A DNA stretch of 32,000 nucleotides from Acinetobacter wanghuae (GCF_009557235.1 NZ_CP045650.1:1620001-1652000); one strand, 5' to 3'; shown: positions 1 to 9,187, counted from the stretch's first letter. A program made the numbers and translations. Notes: generated by a model from the sequence alone, not told the origin.

Positions 1-1
1 T

Positions 2-223
2 CATAGTGATGCGATTGTGGTCAAAGCTGATGTACATGATGCATTTAACGATTATGTTCAAAAGATGATGAACAATACCGTGTGGCAATCTGGTTGTGTG
101 AGTTGGTATCAACAAGATGGTGGTAAAAATTTTGCGCTATGGCCAACGTATACATGGAAATATTGGCTCAACACCAAAACCCTGAATGTCGCTGATTATC
201 AATTCCTCAGTAAAGTCGCTTAA
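2..223 (+). CDS. C-terminal fragment of a class B flavin-dependent (Baeyer-Villiger/EthA-like) monooxygenase; the 5' end lies outside the window
   Basis: Frame 2 is open from the window edge to TAA at 221-223. The tail TVWQSGCVSWYQQDGGKNFALWPTYTWKYW resembles the conserved C-terminal block (W-x-GC-x-SWY ... LWPG) of FAD-containing monooxygenases. The GTG at 17 used in the ORF track is probably internal. Confidence 0.55.
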   Translation, partial: HSDAIVVKADVHDAFNDYVQKMMNNTVWQSGCVSWYQQDGGKNFALWPTYTWKYWLNTKTLNVADYQFLSKVA

Positions 224-289
224 GTCGAACTGCATCCTGTCACAAGACGATGGCATAATACTCGGGTTATTTATGGATAGCTTGGTTTT

Positions 290-1201
290 ATGCAATCGTT
301 TTGGCTCATCTTTCAGCTTTTATTCTGTCTTGCATTTGGTTTCATATTTGCAAAGAAATTCCCGAGTGGTCTGCGCAAATGGTGCTTTAAAATACTGCCC
401 TATTTCAGTTATCTATTGCTCATTACCATTGCTTATGAGTTTTCAGGACTTATTCAAGAGATTCCTCATCCTATTGAAATTTTAACGACCTCTATCAGCA
501 TTGCTTTTGTGACATCTATCGGGGCATTTATATGTTGCTACCTCTTATTTAAATGGGCAGGTTATTTGCCAACACATGGTCGTGTCTCAAGTGATCTAGT
601 TTTAAAGTCGCTCATCAATATTAGCTATGCATTTATTGCGCTGGCGCTCGGTTATCTTCTATACATCAGTTTTGAAACAATGCATTTTGATGTCAATGTC
701 AGCACGTGGCATTTATTGCTGGTGTTTATGCTCCTCATTGGACTCGATCTTGCCTATTCTCCACTTGACCGCTCATGGCTGAATTGGAAAATTTTACTGG
801 TGCCAGTGGGATGTATTATTGGTTCATTCGTTGGCGTTTTGATTTATTCATTCGTCAATGGCGATCTTAAAATGAAAGACTTGATCATGCTCTCGCAAGG
901 CTATGGTTTTTATTCAATGAGCGGTATTGTAGTGACCGAACTCAAAAATGCAGAACTTGGTAGCATCGCCCTGATGAATGATTTATTCCGTGAAATCTTT
1001 GCGATTATTTTGATGTATTGCTTAGGTTGGCGTTATCCACGTGCGGCAATTTCAGCTGCGGGAGCAACTGCTATGGATGTAACTTTACCGATGGTTAAAC
1101 AAGCCTGTGGTAATGATTTTATTCCACATGCGATGGTGAGTGGCTTTATTTTATCTGTACTTGCACCCATTGCGGTGAGTATGTTGGCGGTGATTAGCTA
1201 A
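290..1201 (+). CDS. lysO: Lysine exporter LysO (YbjE/DUF340) family inner-membrane protein
   Basis: 303-aa polytopic hydrophobic protein. The C-terminal half (GYGFYSMSGIVVTE ... GATAMDVTLPMV ... SGFILSVLAPI) aligns by eye with E. coli YbjE (GFGWYSLSGILLTE ... GATSMDFTLPVL ... HGFILSLLVPI). ATG start at 290. Confidence 0.75.
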   Translation: MQSFWLIFQLLFCLAFGFIFAKKFPSGLRKWCFKILPYFSYLLLITIAYEFSGLIQEIPHPIEILTTSISIAFVTSIGAFICCYLLFKWAGYLPTHGRVSSDLVLKSLINISYAFIALALGYLLYISFETMHFDVNVSTWHLLLVFMLLIGLDLAYSPLDRSWLNWKILLVPVGCIIGSFVGVLIYSFVNGDLKMKDLIMLSQGYGFYSMSGIVVTELKNAELGSIALMNDLFREIFAIILMYCLGWRYPRAAISAAGATAMDVTLPMVKQACGNDFIPHAMVSGFILSVLAPIAVSMLAVIS

Positions 1202-1215
1202 ATAATCCCTCCCAA

Positions 1216-1284
1216 CCTCCCTTTAATAAAGGGAGGAGAACCATTTTATAATGGGATTATATTCTCTCTCCCTTTGGGAGAGAG
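1216..1284. repeat. Two perfect 9-bp stem / 3-nt loop hairpins between convergent lysO and pyrF; possible factor-dependent or weak bidirectional terminators
   Basis: Hairpin A: cctcccttt(1216-1224)-aat-aaagggagg(1228-1236). Hairpin B: ctctctccc(1264-1272)-ttt-gggagagag(1276-1284). Each has an all-pyrimidine arm and an all-purine arm. Neither is followed by a clear T-run on either strand. Confidence 0.5.
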
Positions 1285-1299
1285 TTAGAGAGAGGGAAA

Positions 1300-1980
1300 T
1301 TAAAGTGTTGCTAAAATATCTTTTAAGGTCTGACGTGGGTTCTCAGATTTGGTAATTGGACGTCCAATCACCAAATGCGTAGAACCATCAAGCATAGCTT
1401 GTTTTGGTGTCACAATACGTTTTTGATCATCCGCATTAGAACCTTCTGGGCGAATTCCCGGTGTTACGAGCGCAAAGTCAGTACCTAAAGTTTCACGTAG
1501 CATTTTCGCTTCTTGTGCTGAACACACCACACCATCTAGACCGCTTTCTTGGGTCAATTTTGCTAAGCGCTTCACTTGCTCAAACGGCTCGATGTCGAGA
1601 CCTAAATCTTTTAAATCTTCACGCCCCATCGAAGTCAAAACAGTCACTGCGATCAATTGTGTATTGTAATTGCCTGCTTTCAATCGTTCTACACAGGTTT
1701 CCATCATTTTGCGACCGCCTGATGCATGTACATTGACCATCCACACTCCCATATCGGCTGCTGCACATACGGCTTGAGCTGTGGTATTTGGAATATCATG
1801 GAACTTCAGATCAAGGAAAACTTCAAAACCTTTGTCATGTAAGACTTTAACCACACTTGGTCCTTCATGGGTAAAGAGTTCTTTTCCCACTTTGACACGG
1901 CATAACTCAGGGTCTAATTGTTCAGCGATTGTCATTGCGTCATAGTGACTTTTTGCATCTAAGGCAACAATAATACTCAT
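1300..1980 (-). CDS. pyrF: Orotidine 5'-phosphate decarboxylase
   Basis: 226 aa with an ATG start. Carries the hallmark [10 protein letters not shown] active-site motif and the C-terminal VIGRPI phosphate-binding motif. Confidence 0.95.
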   Translation of the reverse strand: MSIIVALDAKSHYDAMTIAEQLDPELCRVKVGKELFTHEGPSVVKVLHDKGFEVFLDLKFHDIPNTTAQAVCAAADMGVWMVNVHASGGRKMMETCVERLKAGNYNTQLIAVTVLTSMGREDLKDLGLDIEPFEQVKRLAKLTQESGLDGVVCSAQEAKMLRETLGTDFALVTPGIRPEGSNADDQKRIVTPKQAMLDGSTHLVIGRPITKSENPRQTLKDILATL

Positions 1981-2013
1981 GGAGAAGACCCTTCAAATTG
2001 ACAAAATTAAAGC

Positions 2014-2041
2014 ATTATACGGAGGAAGCAGATGAGGACAA
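2014..2041 (-). promoter_or_regulatory. Putative sigma70 promoter for pyrF
   Basis: On the minus strand: TTGTCC (2041-2036), a 16-nt spacer, then a perfect TATAAT (2019-2014). It lies about 35 nt upstream of the pyrF ATG, with an AAGGG Shine-Dalgarno in between. Sequence match only. Confidence 0.35.
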
Positions 2042-2141
2042 AGCTAATTTTAAAAAATTAAATCATAAAGATTCAAATTAACTGCTTTATTCATATCATT
2101 ATTTATAAGTATCAAGGTTTTATTCTTTTTCAAATAGGCAT

Positions 2142-2176
2142 AAAAAAACACCCCAATGCATGCATTAGGATGTTTT
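2142..2176 (-). terminator. Rho-independent terminator downstream of lapA, with bidirectional architecture
   Basis: An imperfect palindrome acaccccaatgca/tgcattaggatgt (2148-2173), with a perfect aatgcatgcatt core, is flanked by an A7 run (2142-2148, which reads as U7 on the minus transcript) and TTTT (2173-2176). Confidence 0.6.
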
Positions 2177-2225
2177 AAATAAACAAAACTAAAAAATTAA
2201 TTTTGAGTTAAGCGTACAGCACGGA

Positions 2226-2591
2226 TCATAAGGGAGATGATGGACGATCTGACGAATAAACATCAGCAACCGTTTTTTCATGACGCGTATTTGCTGCAGC
2301 TTCAGCTGCCATTAATTTAGCAGAATTTAATTGCTCTTTACGGAGGTGATCAATGTCTTTACGAAGACGTTTAATTTCCCAACTGTTTTGGAATACACGA
2401 AATACTTGCACACCAAGTAATAAACCCAAAACTACACCCAAAACTAATGTAATGAGTAAGAGTAAGCCTAAACGCATGGCTGGAACTTGGGTAAACAACA
2501 GATCTACCGAGAGTTCAGTTCCATTTTGCAAGACAAGTGCTAATGAATAGCCAAACAGTACAACAAGAAGAACGACTAATACGTAACGCAT
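2226..2591 (-). CDS. lapA: LapA (YciS) family lipopolysaccharide assembly protein, small inner-membrane protein
   Basis: Two N-terminal hydrophobic helices are followed by a basic coiled segment (WEIKRLRKDIDHLRKE). The gene sits immediately downstream of ihfB, as lapA does in other gammaproteobacteria. I prefer ATG at 2591; the ORF track begins at an upstream GTG at 2597. Confidence 0.7.
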   Translation of the reverse strand: MRYVLVVLLVVLFGYSLALVLQNGTELSVDLLFTQVPAMRLGLLLLITLVLGVVLGLLLGVQVFRVFQNSWEIKRLRKDIDHLRKEQLNSAKLMAAEAAANTRHEKTVADVYSSDRPSSPL

Positions 2592-2605
2592 AAACACCCC
2601 ATAAA

Positions 2606-2911
2606 TTATTTGTTAGCGGATTCGTTTACAGCATCACGTAATGCTTTACCTGGTTTAAAGTGCGGTACTGCTTTTGCTGCCACTTCAACCGATTTACCCG
2701 TTTTAGGATTACGACCTACACGTGGTTCACGATGATGCAATGCAAAACTACCAAAACCACGAATTTCAATACGATTATCTGTTGATAATGCTTCGATCAT
2801 TTGATCGATCATAATTTTCACAGCTTCTTCGACTAAAGGCTCCGCTAAATGCGGGTTCTTTAAGGAAATGCGCTCTATTAAGTCAGACTTATTAAGTGCT
2901 TCAGTAGTCAT
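2606..2911 (-). CDS. ihfB: Integration host factor subunit beta
   Basis: 101-aa HU/IHF-fold protein ([10 protein letters not shown] ... GRNPKTG ... VPHFKPGK) located downstream of rpsA, which is the conserved rpsA-ihfB arrangement. Confidence 0.95.
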   Translation of the reverse strand: MTTEALNKSDLIERISLKNPHLAEPLVEEAVKIMIDQMIEALSTDNRIEIRGFGSFALHHREPRVGRNPKTGKSVEVAAKAVPHFKPGKALRDAVNESANK

Positions 2912-2965
2912 CTGCGACCTCTTTAATTATCAAGCTACTTGGGATCTATTTCTTGATAATAACCT

Positions 2966-3014
2966 GTTTAAATACAAAACGGTAGCGCAATATCGAAATA
3001 CTACGCTACCGTTT
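2966..3014 (-). terminator. Rho-independent terminator/attenuator after rpsA
   Basis: An 11-bp perfect stem aaacggtagcg(2977-2987)/cgctaccgttt(3004-3014) encloses a 16-nt loop. On the minus transcript the stem runs into UUUUGUAUUU. Confidence 0.65.
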
Positions 3015-3074
3015 ACAGTAATTGTGTAAAAAGTATTGCTTAACTTACATTAACAACACGATTTGTACAGTTAC

Positions 3075-4752
3075 TTAGTTGCTCATTTGCGCTTTGATCA
3101 AGTCACCAATGGTTTTTGGACCATTTTCAGAAGTTGTCGCAACTGTTTTTAAGTTAGCAACTGCTTCTTTTTCTTCAGCTTCGTCTTTCGCTTTGATAGA
3201 CAAGTTGATAGCACGTGATTTACGATCTACGTTAATGATTTTAGCTTCTACTTCTTGACCAACTTCAAGGAACTTAGTTGCATCTTCAACGCGATCGCGG
3301 TTGATTTCAGATGCTTTAAGTGTCGCTTCAACTTCGTCAGCTAACTTAACAGTCGCGCCTTTAGCGTCAACTGCAGTTACAGTACCTTTAACAAGCGCAC
3401 CGCGTTCGTTAGTTGCAAGGAAGTCGTTGAACGGATCGTTGTTCATTTGTTTGATGCCAAGGCTGATACGGTTGCCTTCAGCGTCTACAGACAAGATTAA
3501 CCGCTTCAACAGTGTCACCTTTCTTGTAACGACGGATTGCTTCTTCGCCTTGTTCGTTCCAAGAAATATCAGACAAGTGAACTAGACCGTCGATACCGCC
3601 TGGTAAACCGATGAAGATACCGAAGTCAGTGATAGATTTGATCGTACCAGAAACTTTTTCACCTTTATCGTGATCTTTAGCAAACTCTTCCCATGGGTTA
3701 GCACGAGTTTGTTTGATACCTAAAGAAATACGACGACGTTCTTCGTCAACTTCAAGAACCATTACATCAACTTCGTCGCCAATTTGAACAACTTTAGACG
3801 GGTGGATGTTTTTGTTAGTGTGGTCCATTTCAGACACGTGTACTAAACCTTCAACGCCTTCAGCGATTTCTGCGAAACAGCCGTAGTCAGTTAAGTTAGT
3901 TACGCGAGCTTTAACGATAGAACCTTTAGGGTAACGGTTCATGATCGCTAACCATGGATCTTCGCCAAGTTGTTTAAGACCTAGAGAAACACGGTTACGT
4001 TCACGGTCAAATTTAAGTACTTTAACAGTAACTTCTTGACCAACTTCAACAACTTCTGAAGGGTGCTTGATGCGTTTCCAAGCCATATCAGTGATGTGAA
4101 GAAGACCATCAATACCGCCAAGGTCAACGAATGCGCCGTAGTCAGTAAGATTTTTGATTGTACCAGTAACTGTTTGGCCTTCTTCAAGCTGAGCAAGAAG
4201 CGCTTCACGGTCAGCTGAAGATTCAGCTTCCATTACCGCACGACGTGAAACAACAACGTTGTTACGTTTCGCATCAAGTTTGATTACTTTGAATTCTAAC
4301 TCTTTGCCTTCTAAGTGAGTCGTATCACGAATAGGACGAGTATCAACTAAAGAACCTGGAAGGAACGCACGAACTGGACCGATGTCAACAGTGAAACCGC
4401 CTTTAACTTTACCAGAGATAACACCAGTAACGATTTCGCCGTCTTCAAAGATTTTTTCAAGTTTAGTCCAAGTCTCAGCGCGTTTAGCTTTTTCGCGAGA
4501 AAGAACAGTTTGACCCATACCGTTGTCAAGTGCTTCAACAACAACATCAACAGTGTCGCCAACTTGAACTTCAAGTTCACGTTGTTCATTTAAGAATTCA
4601 GCGCGGTCAACAATACCTTCTGATTTAAGGCCAGTGTCAACTGTTACCCAGTCAGAATCAATGCTTACTACAACGCCTTGGATGACAGCACCCTTTTCAA
4701 CGTTGAGGTTAAGTTCACTTGCTTCAAAGAGGGCTGCAAAAGATTCGGTCAT
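3075..4752 (-). pseudogene. rpsA: 30S ribosomal protein S1 with the reading frame broken by a 1-nt insertion (ORFs 3478..4752 and 3075..3518)
   Basis: The two ORFs are consecutive parts of S1, whose six S1 domains are recognisable. The span is 1678 nt (3n+1). Deleting one plus-strand T at 3497/3498 joins ...KKGDTVEAV to [17 protein letters not shown]..., giving a 558-aa protein. Confidence 0.9.
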
Positions 4753-4861
4753 GATATACCTGATAAAGTCAGCGGTCTTGGATCAGACAAGGCCGGTTTA
4801 ATTAAGCGTCTACATAGTCCGTATAAGACTGATCAAGCTATGCGTCTGCTGAAAATATAAA

Positions 4862-5545
4862 TTATTTGGCTAATTGTTGATCCACATAAGTGGTCATCAA
4901 CTTAAATACTTCATCAATGTTCAACATTGAACTATCGATGATATACGCATCAATCGCAGGCTTGAGAGGAGCAACAGTGCGCTCCATATCTCTTTTATCA
5001 CGTGCGATGATATTAGCTAAAATGTCGTTCATTTTAACATCCAGCCCCATACCCTGCAACTGCTTTACACGTCTTTGCGCCCGAGACTCTGCCGAAGCAG
5101 TCAAATATATCTTCGCTTGAGCATTTGGGAAGATGGTTGTCGCCATATCTCGACCGTCTGCCACCAAACCTGGCGCTTGAGCAAATGCGTACTGACGCTC
5201 GACTAAAGCAGCTCTAAGTTCAGGAATCGCAGCGACTTTTGAAGCGAACTCACCGACACGTTCAGTACGAATCGTTTGAGAGACATCCTCACAATCAAGC
5301 AAAACCTGAATACCGTTGCCCGTGGTAATAAACTGAATATCCAAGTTACTGGCAATCTCTACACAGTTTGGCATTTTTGTATCAAGATATTCCAACAAAT
5401 CACGTTGCTGTAATGACAAGCCTAAAAGACGATATAAAGCGCCAGAATCGAGTAAGTGAAACTGGTAGTGTTCAGCAAGTTTTGCAGCTAATGTGCCTTT
5501 GCCCGAACCACTCGGCCCATCAATCGTAATAATTTGAACTGTCAT
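4862..5545 (-). CDS. cmk: Cytidylate kinase
   Basis: 227 aa with the P-loop [11 protein letters not shown] and the conserved position directly upstream of rpsA. Confidence 0.95.
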   Translation of the reverse strand: MTVQIITIDGPSGSGKGTLAAKLAEHYQFHLLDSGALYRLLGLSLQQRDLLEYLDTKMPNCVEIASNLDIQFITTGNGIQVLLDCEDVSQTIRTERVGEFASKVAAIPELRAALVERQYAFAQAPGLVADGRDMATTIFPNAQAKIYLTASAESRAQRRVKQLQGMGLDVKMNDILANIIARDKRDMERTVAPLKPAIDAYIIDSSMLNIDEVFKLMTTYVDQQLAK

Positions 5546-5562
5546 TGTCTTTCCGAGGTTGT

Positions 5563-5994
5563 TTATAGCGTTTTTGCGAGTTTCGCAAAGCCTAGTTTAA
5601 TCGCAGTTTTGAGCTGTGCCAAAATTAACTTACTGACAAATGGCGCACGCGCTTGTAATTCAATGGTATAGGTCACAAGCGTTTTATCTGCGCCTTTTGA
5701 CTCAAATTCAATGATCCCTAAATGATGTTTAATCAACGGGTTTTTAATGATTTTGTATTCGATACGCTGATTTGGCTCAAGTAAGGTAATTTGCTCTTTA
5801 AGCGGCTTTACAGGACCAAATCCCATACGGCGCACTGAGCCTATGCCATCAGGGCGCTCAGGATCTGCTGAGTCCTTAATACGTTCAACCTGAATAGGTG
5901 AAAACGCGACATTGTAGGTCGCATGTTTTGAAAGCAATTCAAACACTTGCTCAATTGAGGCTGGAAATTCTTTTTTAACTTGCATAGAATTCAT
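5563..5994 (-). CDS. SRPBCC (START/polyketide cyclase-like) superfamily protein of unknown function
   Basis: 143-aa soluble protein whose length and pattern (N-terminal helix, beta-rich core, long C-terminal helix) are typical of SRPBCC proteins. No catalytic motif recognised. Confidence 0.45.
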   Translation of the reverse strand: MNSMQVKKEFPASIEQVFELLSKHATYNVAFSPIQVERIKDSADPERPDGIGSVRRMGFGPVKPLKEQITLLEPNQRIEYKIIKNPLIKHHLGIIEFESKGADKTLVTYTIELQARAPFVSKLILAQLKTAIKLGFAKLAKTL

Positions 5995-6025
5995 TTTTAT
6001 TTCTCTTTATAAACGTTATAAAAAA

Positions 6026-6574
6026 TTAGATGCTATTTTTAATTGAATCAGCATCATTTGCCAGTTTTTCTTGTAACTGTTTTTGTTCAAGTTTTAATAA
6101 ACGTTTTTGCTCACGGCGCATTTTAAAAAATGCACTGAGTTGTGCCGAACACTCTGCTTGCATACAGCCTGAGTCAAATGGAAAAACGTGATTGTAGTAG
6201 CCTGTATTAAATAGCTGGCGAGCACTGATCAACGAGCCAGCTTTCGGTTCACTCGCACCAAATACGACACGTGATACGCGTGAGTGGACTAAAGCCCCCA
6301 CACACATCGTGCAAGGTTCAAGTGTGACATACAAAACCGCATCATCAGGCAGACGATAGTTTTGAATGCGCTGACAGGCATCGCGTAATGCGACAATCTC
6401 AGCATGTGCTGAGGGGTCATGCAAAGAAATTGGCGCATTAAACCCTCGCCCAATGACTTCATTATTGCTGACAATAATCGCACCGACAGGAATTTCACCT
6501 TTTAATGCAGCGAATGCAGCTTGCTCAATCGCTTGCTGCATCCAATATTGATCTGTGTAAAGGTCTTCGATCAT
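6026..6574 (-). CDS. tadA: tRNA adenosine(34) deaminase
   Basis: Carries the CMP/dCMP-type zinc deaminase motifs HAEIVAL and PCTMCVGAL. Compared with E. coli TadA it has about 25 extra C-terminal residues rich in K/Q/E. Confidence 0.9.
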   Translation of the reverse strand: MIEDLYTDQYWMQQAIEQAAFAALKGEIPVGAIIVSNNEVIGRGFNAPISLHDPSAHAEIVALRDACQRIQNYRLPDDAVLYVTLEPCTMCVGALVHSRVSRVVFGASEPKAGSLISARQLFNTGYYNHVFPFDSGCMQAECSAQLSAFFKMRREQKRLLKLEQKQLQEKLANDADSIKNSI

Positions 6575-6577
6575 GTA

Positions 6578-7702
6578 TTAACTGATCACACCATACTGTT
6601 TAAGCAAGGCATTCCAACTTTCAATAGTCGTCACAGGTGGATACTTCGATAAAATCCCTTTCAAGCTCATATCAGCACCTTGCGTCCATTCTGGTGATAA
6701 ATCTTTATCAACCAAACGTGCACGGACACCTTCAACAAAGTCAGGATGGCGAATTTTCCAATCTGAAATTTGCGTCTCTAAAGCAAAGATTTCATTCCAA
6801 GAATGAACTTGTTTACCCCATTGCCAAAGTAGCCATGTGATTGCAGCAGTAGTCGGTGAGCCTTTTTGCAGGTTTTCACTCGCTTGACGCAGCCAATCAC
6901 TACGCGCATCGCTTAACCCAACAATTGCTTCATAGTCATGCTCAAAGTTCACACCACGCGAAACACTTTGAATGACATCAATTGAGTTCTGTAAAGGACC
7001 AGGACCGACCGGACGATGCATTCCATTTAAGGTGTCATCAATGGCACGAAAATCACCTGCTGGATAATGATTCCAGTCAATATTCACGACTTTATCTAAC
7101 ACTAAGTCGCGCTGTGCATCACAAATATGAGTCGCCCAACCAATACCGTAAGCACCTGCTGCGGTCATGATTGAACCCGTTAATCCAGTAAACAAACCAA
7201 TTGCACCACGGTCAGCAAGGAAACGTGTTGCCCCAACATCTGGATACAAGCCAATATTAATTTCAGGCATTGCCAAACGTGAATAAGGTGTCACTAAACG
7301 GAATGGTGCTGCCATAAACAAACCAAGGCCACCACCCATCACATAACCTTCACCCCACACTAATACGGGTTTAGCATAGTTATGCAATAACAAATCAAGC
7401 GCATATTCTTGTTCAAAGAATTTATTCGCTGTTGCTGTTTCATCATTAATAACCAGCTGACGAAGTTTACGTACATCGCCACCTGCACAAAAGGCTTTTG
7501 GCGTGGTCGAATCTAACCAAATGGCTTTAACATCATCGTCTGTATGAAAATCTTCAAAGACATTTAATAAAGCGCTAACGATCGTTTCGTCCAAAGCATG
7601 TAAGGATTTTGGTCGGTTTAAACGAACAATGCGCCATCCATTTTGCGCTTGTTCAACAATTAAGTCAGGATGGTACTGTTTTGAAACAGGAGAATAAGTC
7701 AT
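6578..7702 (-). CDS. Enoyl-CoA hydratase/isomerase family protein, 3-hydroxyisobutyryl-CoA hydrolase-like
   Basis: Crotonase-fold signatures are present ([41 protein letters not shown]), with the long C-terminal extension typical of the HIBYL-CoA hydrolase subgroup. ATG at 7702 forms an ATGA overlap with the ung stop. The track start at 7717 is a TTG. Confidence 0.8.
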   Translation of the reverse strand: MTYSPVSKQYHPDLIVEQAQNGWRIVRLNRPKSLHALDETIVSALLNVFEDFHTDDDVKAIWLDSTTPKAFCAGGDVRKLRQLVINDETATANKFFEQEYALDLLLHNYAKPVLVWGEGYVMGGGLGLFMAAPFRLVTPYSRLAMPEINIGLYPDVGATRFLADRGAIGLFTGLTGSIMTAAGAYGIGWATHICDAQRDLVLDKVVNIDWNHYPAGDFRAIDDTLNGMHRPVGPGPLQNSIDVIQSVSRGVNFEHDYEAIVGLSDARSDWLRQASENLQKGSPTTAAITWLLWQWGKQVHSWNEIFALETQISDWKIRHPDFVEGVRARLVDKDLSPEWTQGADMSLKGILSKYPPVTTIESWNALLKQYGVIS

Positions 7703-8412
7703 GCGTCCAGCTGCCAATCAATAGGCTCAATGCCATTTTGTTTAAGATAATTATTCGATTTTGAAAATACTTTACAACCAAAAAAACCACCACGGTTCGC
7801 CGCCAAAGGAGATGGATGCGCCGCTTTTAATACCAGATGCTTATTTTCATCAATGCGTTTGCCTTTACGCTGTGCATAGGCACCCCATAAAATAAACACC
7901 ACATTTTGACGTTGTTCATTTAACACATCAATCACGTGATCGGTAAAATCTTCCCAACCTTGTTTTTGATGTGAGGTCGGCTGACCTGCTTCTACCGTCA
8001 AAACTGCATTTAAAAGTAAAACGCCTTGCTCGGCCCAACGGGTTAAATTACCGTGTTTAGGAATTTCAAGCCCCAAGTCTGAATGTAACTCATGAAAAAT
8101 GTTTCGTAAAGATGGTGGAACCGCCACCCCTTTTTGCACTGAGAAACTTAAACCATGCGCTTGATTAGGACCATGATAAGGGTCTTGTCCCAAAATCACG
8201 ACTTTAACTTGATTTAAAGGCGTGGTATTCAAGGCATTAAAAATAAGATGACTCGGTGGATAAATCACTTTATCCATCTTTTTTTCTTCGACTAAAAATG
8301 CTTTCAGCTCATCCATTTTCGGGCTTAAAAGAAATTCACTTAGCCCATATTTCCAGCTTTCATCTAACTGAACTTTGCTCAGTTTTTCAAGTTGCTGTTC
8401 AGTCAAAGACAT
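7699..8412 (-). CDS. ung: Uracil-DNA glycosylase (family 1)
   Basis: Contains the motifs [18 protein letters not shown] and HPSPLA(A)NRGGF. Confidence 0.95.
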   Translation of the reverse strand: MSLTEQQLEKLSKVQLDESWKYGLSEFLLSPKMDELKAFLVEEKKMDKVIYPPSHLIFNALNTTPLNQVKVVILGQDPYHGPNQAHGLSFSVQKGVAVPPSLRNIFHELHSDLGLEIPKHGNLTRWAEQGVLLLNAVLTVEAGQPTSHQKQGWEDFTDHVIDVLNEQRQNVVFILWGAYAQRKGKRIDENKHLVLKAAHPSPLAANRGGFFGCKVFSKSNNYLKQNGIEPIDWQLDA

Positions 8413-8461
8413 TTTTCAATCCTAAATAGATGTCAATTGAAGTTATTCAACTTCATTTATT

Positions 8462-9058
8462 TTATAGTTTAACTTGTAAATCAACGCTTGGGTTTTGAAA
8501 AGGCACACCATTTTTCAATTTGGTATACATCTCAGGATCTGTCCACTCCATTTGAACCTGCTCTGAGAATTCAATTTGCGAGAGATCAAGCACACCCATT
8601 TGTTCGTTTTCAATATCTTCAATGAAGCTTTGCGCATAACCCGTATCTGTTTCGTGCACAATCACTGAATAGACTTCAACATCACCTTCGCCATTTTGAG
8701 TAATGGTCGATGCAAGTACTTGCTGTGCCAAATAGAAGAAAATACGTGAAAATTGTTCTGCCGATGGTGATACAGGCAATGAAACCCAACGCGCACTAAA
8801 GGTTTTACATGCTTGAATATATGCCGCATCATCATGTTGCCAGAAACAAATTGCATGATCGAAAGAATCAAAGAAATCTTTAATCACGCCTTTAAGCAAA
8901 CCAAAATCATAAACCATTTGCCCATGATCGAGCTTCGAGGCTTTTAATAAAAGCTCAACTTTATAGCTATGACCATGGATCGAACGTTTACAACGATCTG
9001 ACGTGCAATTACGCACGATATGCGCATTTTCAAACTTAAATAACTTACGAATTAACAT
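8462..9058 (-). CDS. 6-carboxytetrahydropterin / 6-pyruvoyl-tetrahydropterin synthase family protein (long QueD-like form)
   Basis: The N-terminus FKFENAHIV ... CKRSIHGHSYKVEL matches the PTPS/QueD Cys...HGH catalytic signature. At about 198 aa it is longer than the 120-aa E. coli QueD. I prefer ATG at 9058; the track starts at TTG 9076. Confidence 0.7.
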   Translation of the reverse strand: MLIRKLFKFENAHIVRNCTSDRCKRSIHGHSYKVELLLKASKLDHGQMVYDFGLLKGVIKDFFDSFDHAICFWQHDDAAYIQACKTFSARWVSLPVSPSAEQFSRIFFYLAQQVLASTITQNGEGDVEVYSVIVHETDTGYAQSFIEDIENEQMGVLDLSQIEFSEQVQMEWTDPEMYTKLKNGVPFQNPSVDLQVKL

Positions 9059-9187
9059 GTGCCGTAATGTCGTCAAAAAATAGGTGAATTGATTTCAATT
9101 ATAAAGCAAAAATAAACGTCTGAGGATTAATTTTACTGTTTAGCATGATTGAAAAATCACATTGTAATTTTTTAAACTCAGCCTGGC

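Noticed and set aside
186-485. A 99-aa plus-strand ORF spanning the monooxygenase stop and the lysO start
   Set aside because: It overlaps two better-supported genes in a different frame and shows no recognisable motif. lysO, from ATG 290, shows clear YbjE similarity.
1033-1041. A DnaA-box-like ttatccacg (8/9 match to TTATCCACA), considered as a hint of oriC given the nearby parAB/rsmG
   Set aside because: It is a single imperfect box located inside the lysO coding sequence. There is no cluster of boxes and no AT-rich unwinding element.
3981-4589. Minus-strand ORFs of 75 and 80 aa inside rpsA in another frame
   Set aside because: They are fully embedded in the strongly supported S1 reading frame. 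Their translations are Leu/Lys-rich low-complexity sequence typical of out-of-frame reads of a highly expressed gene.
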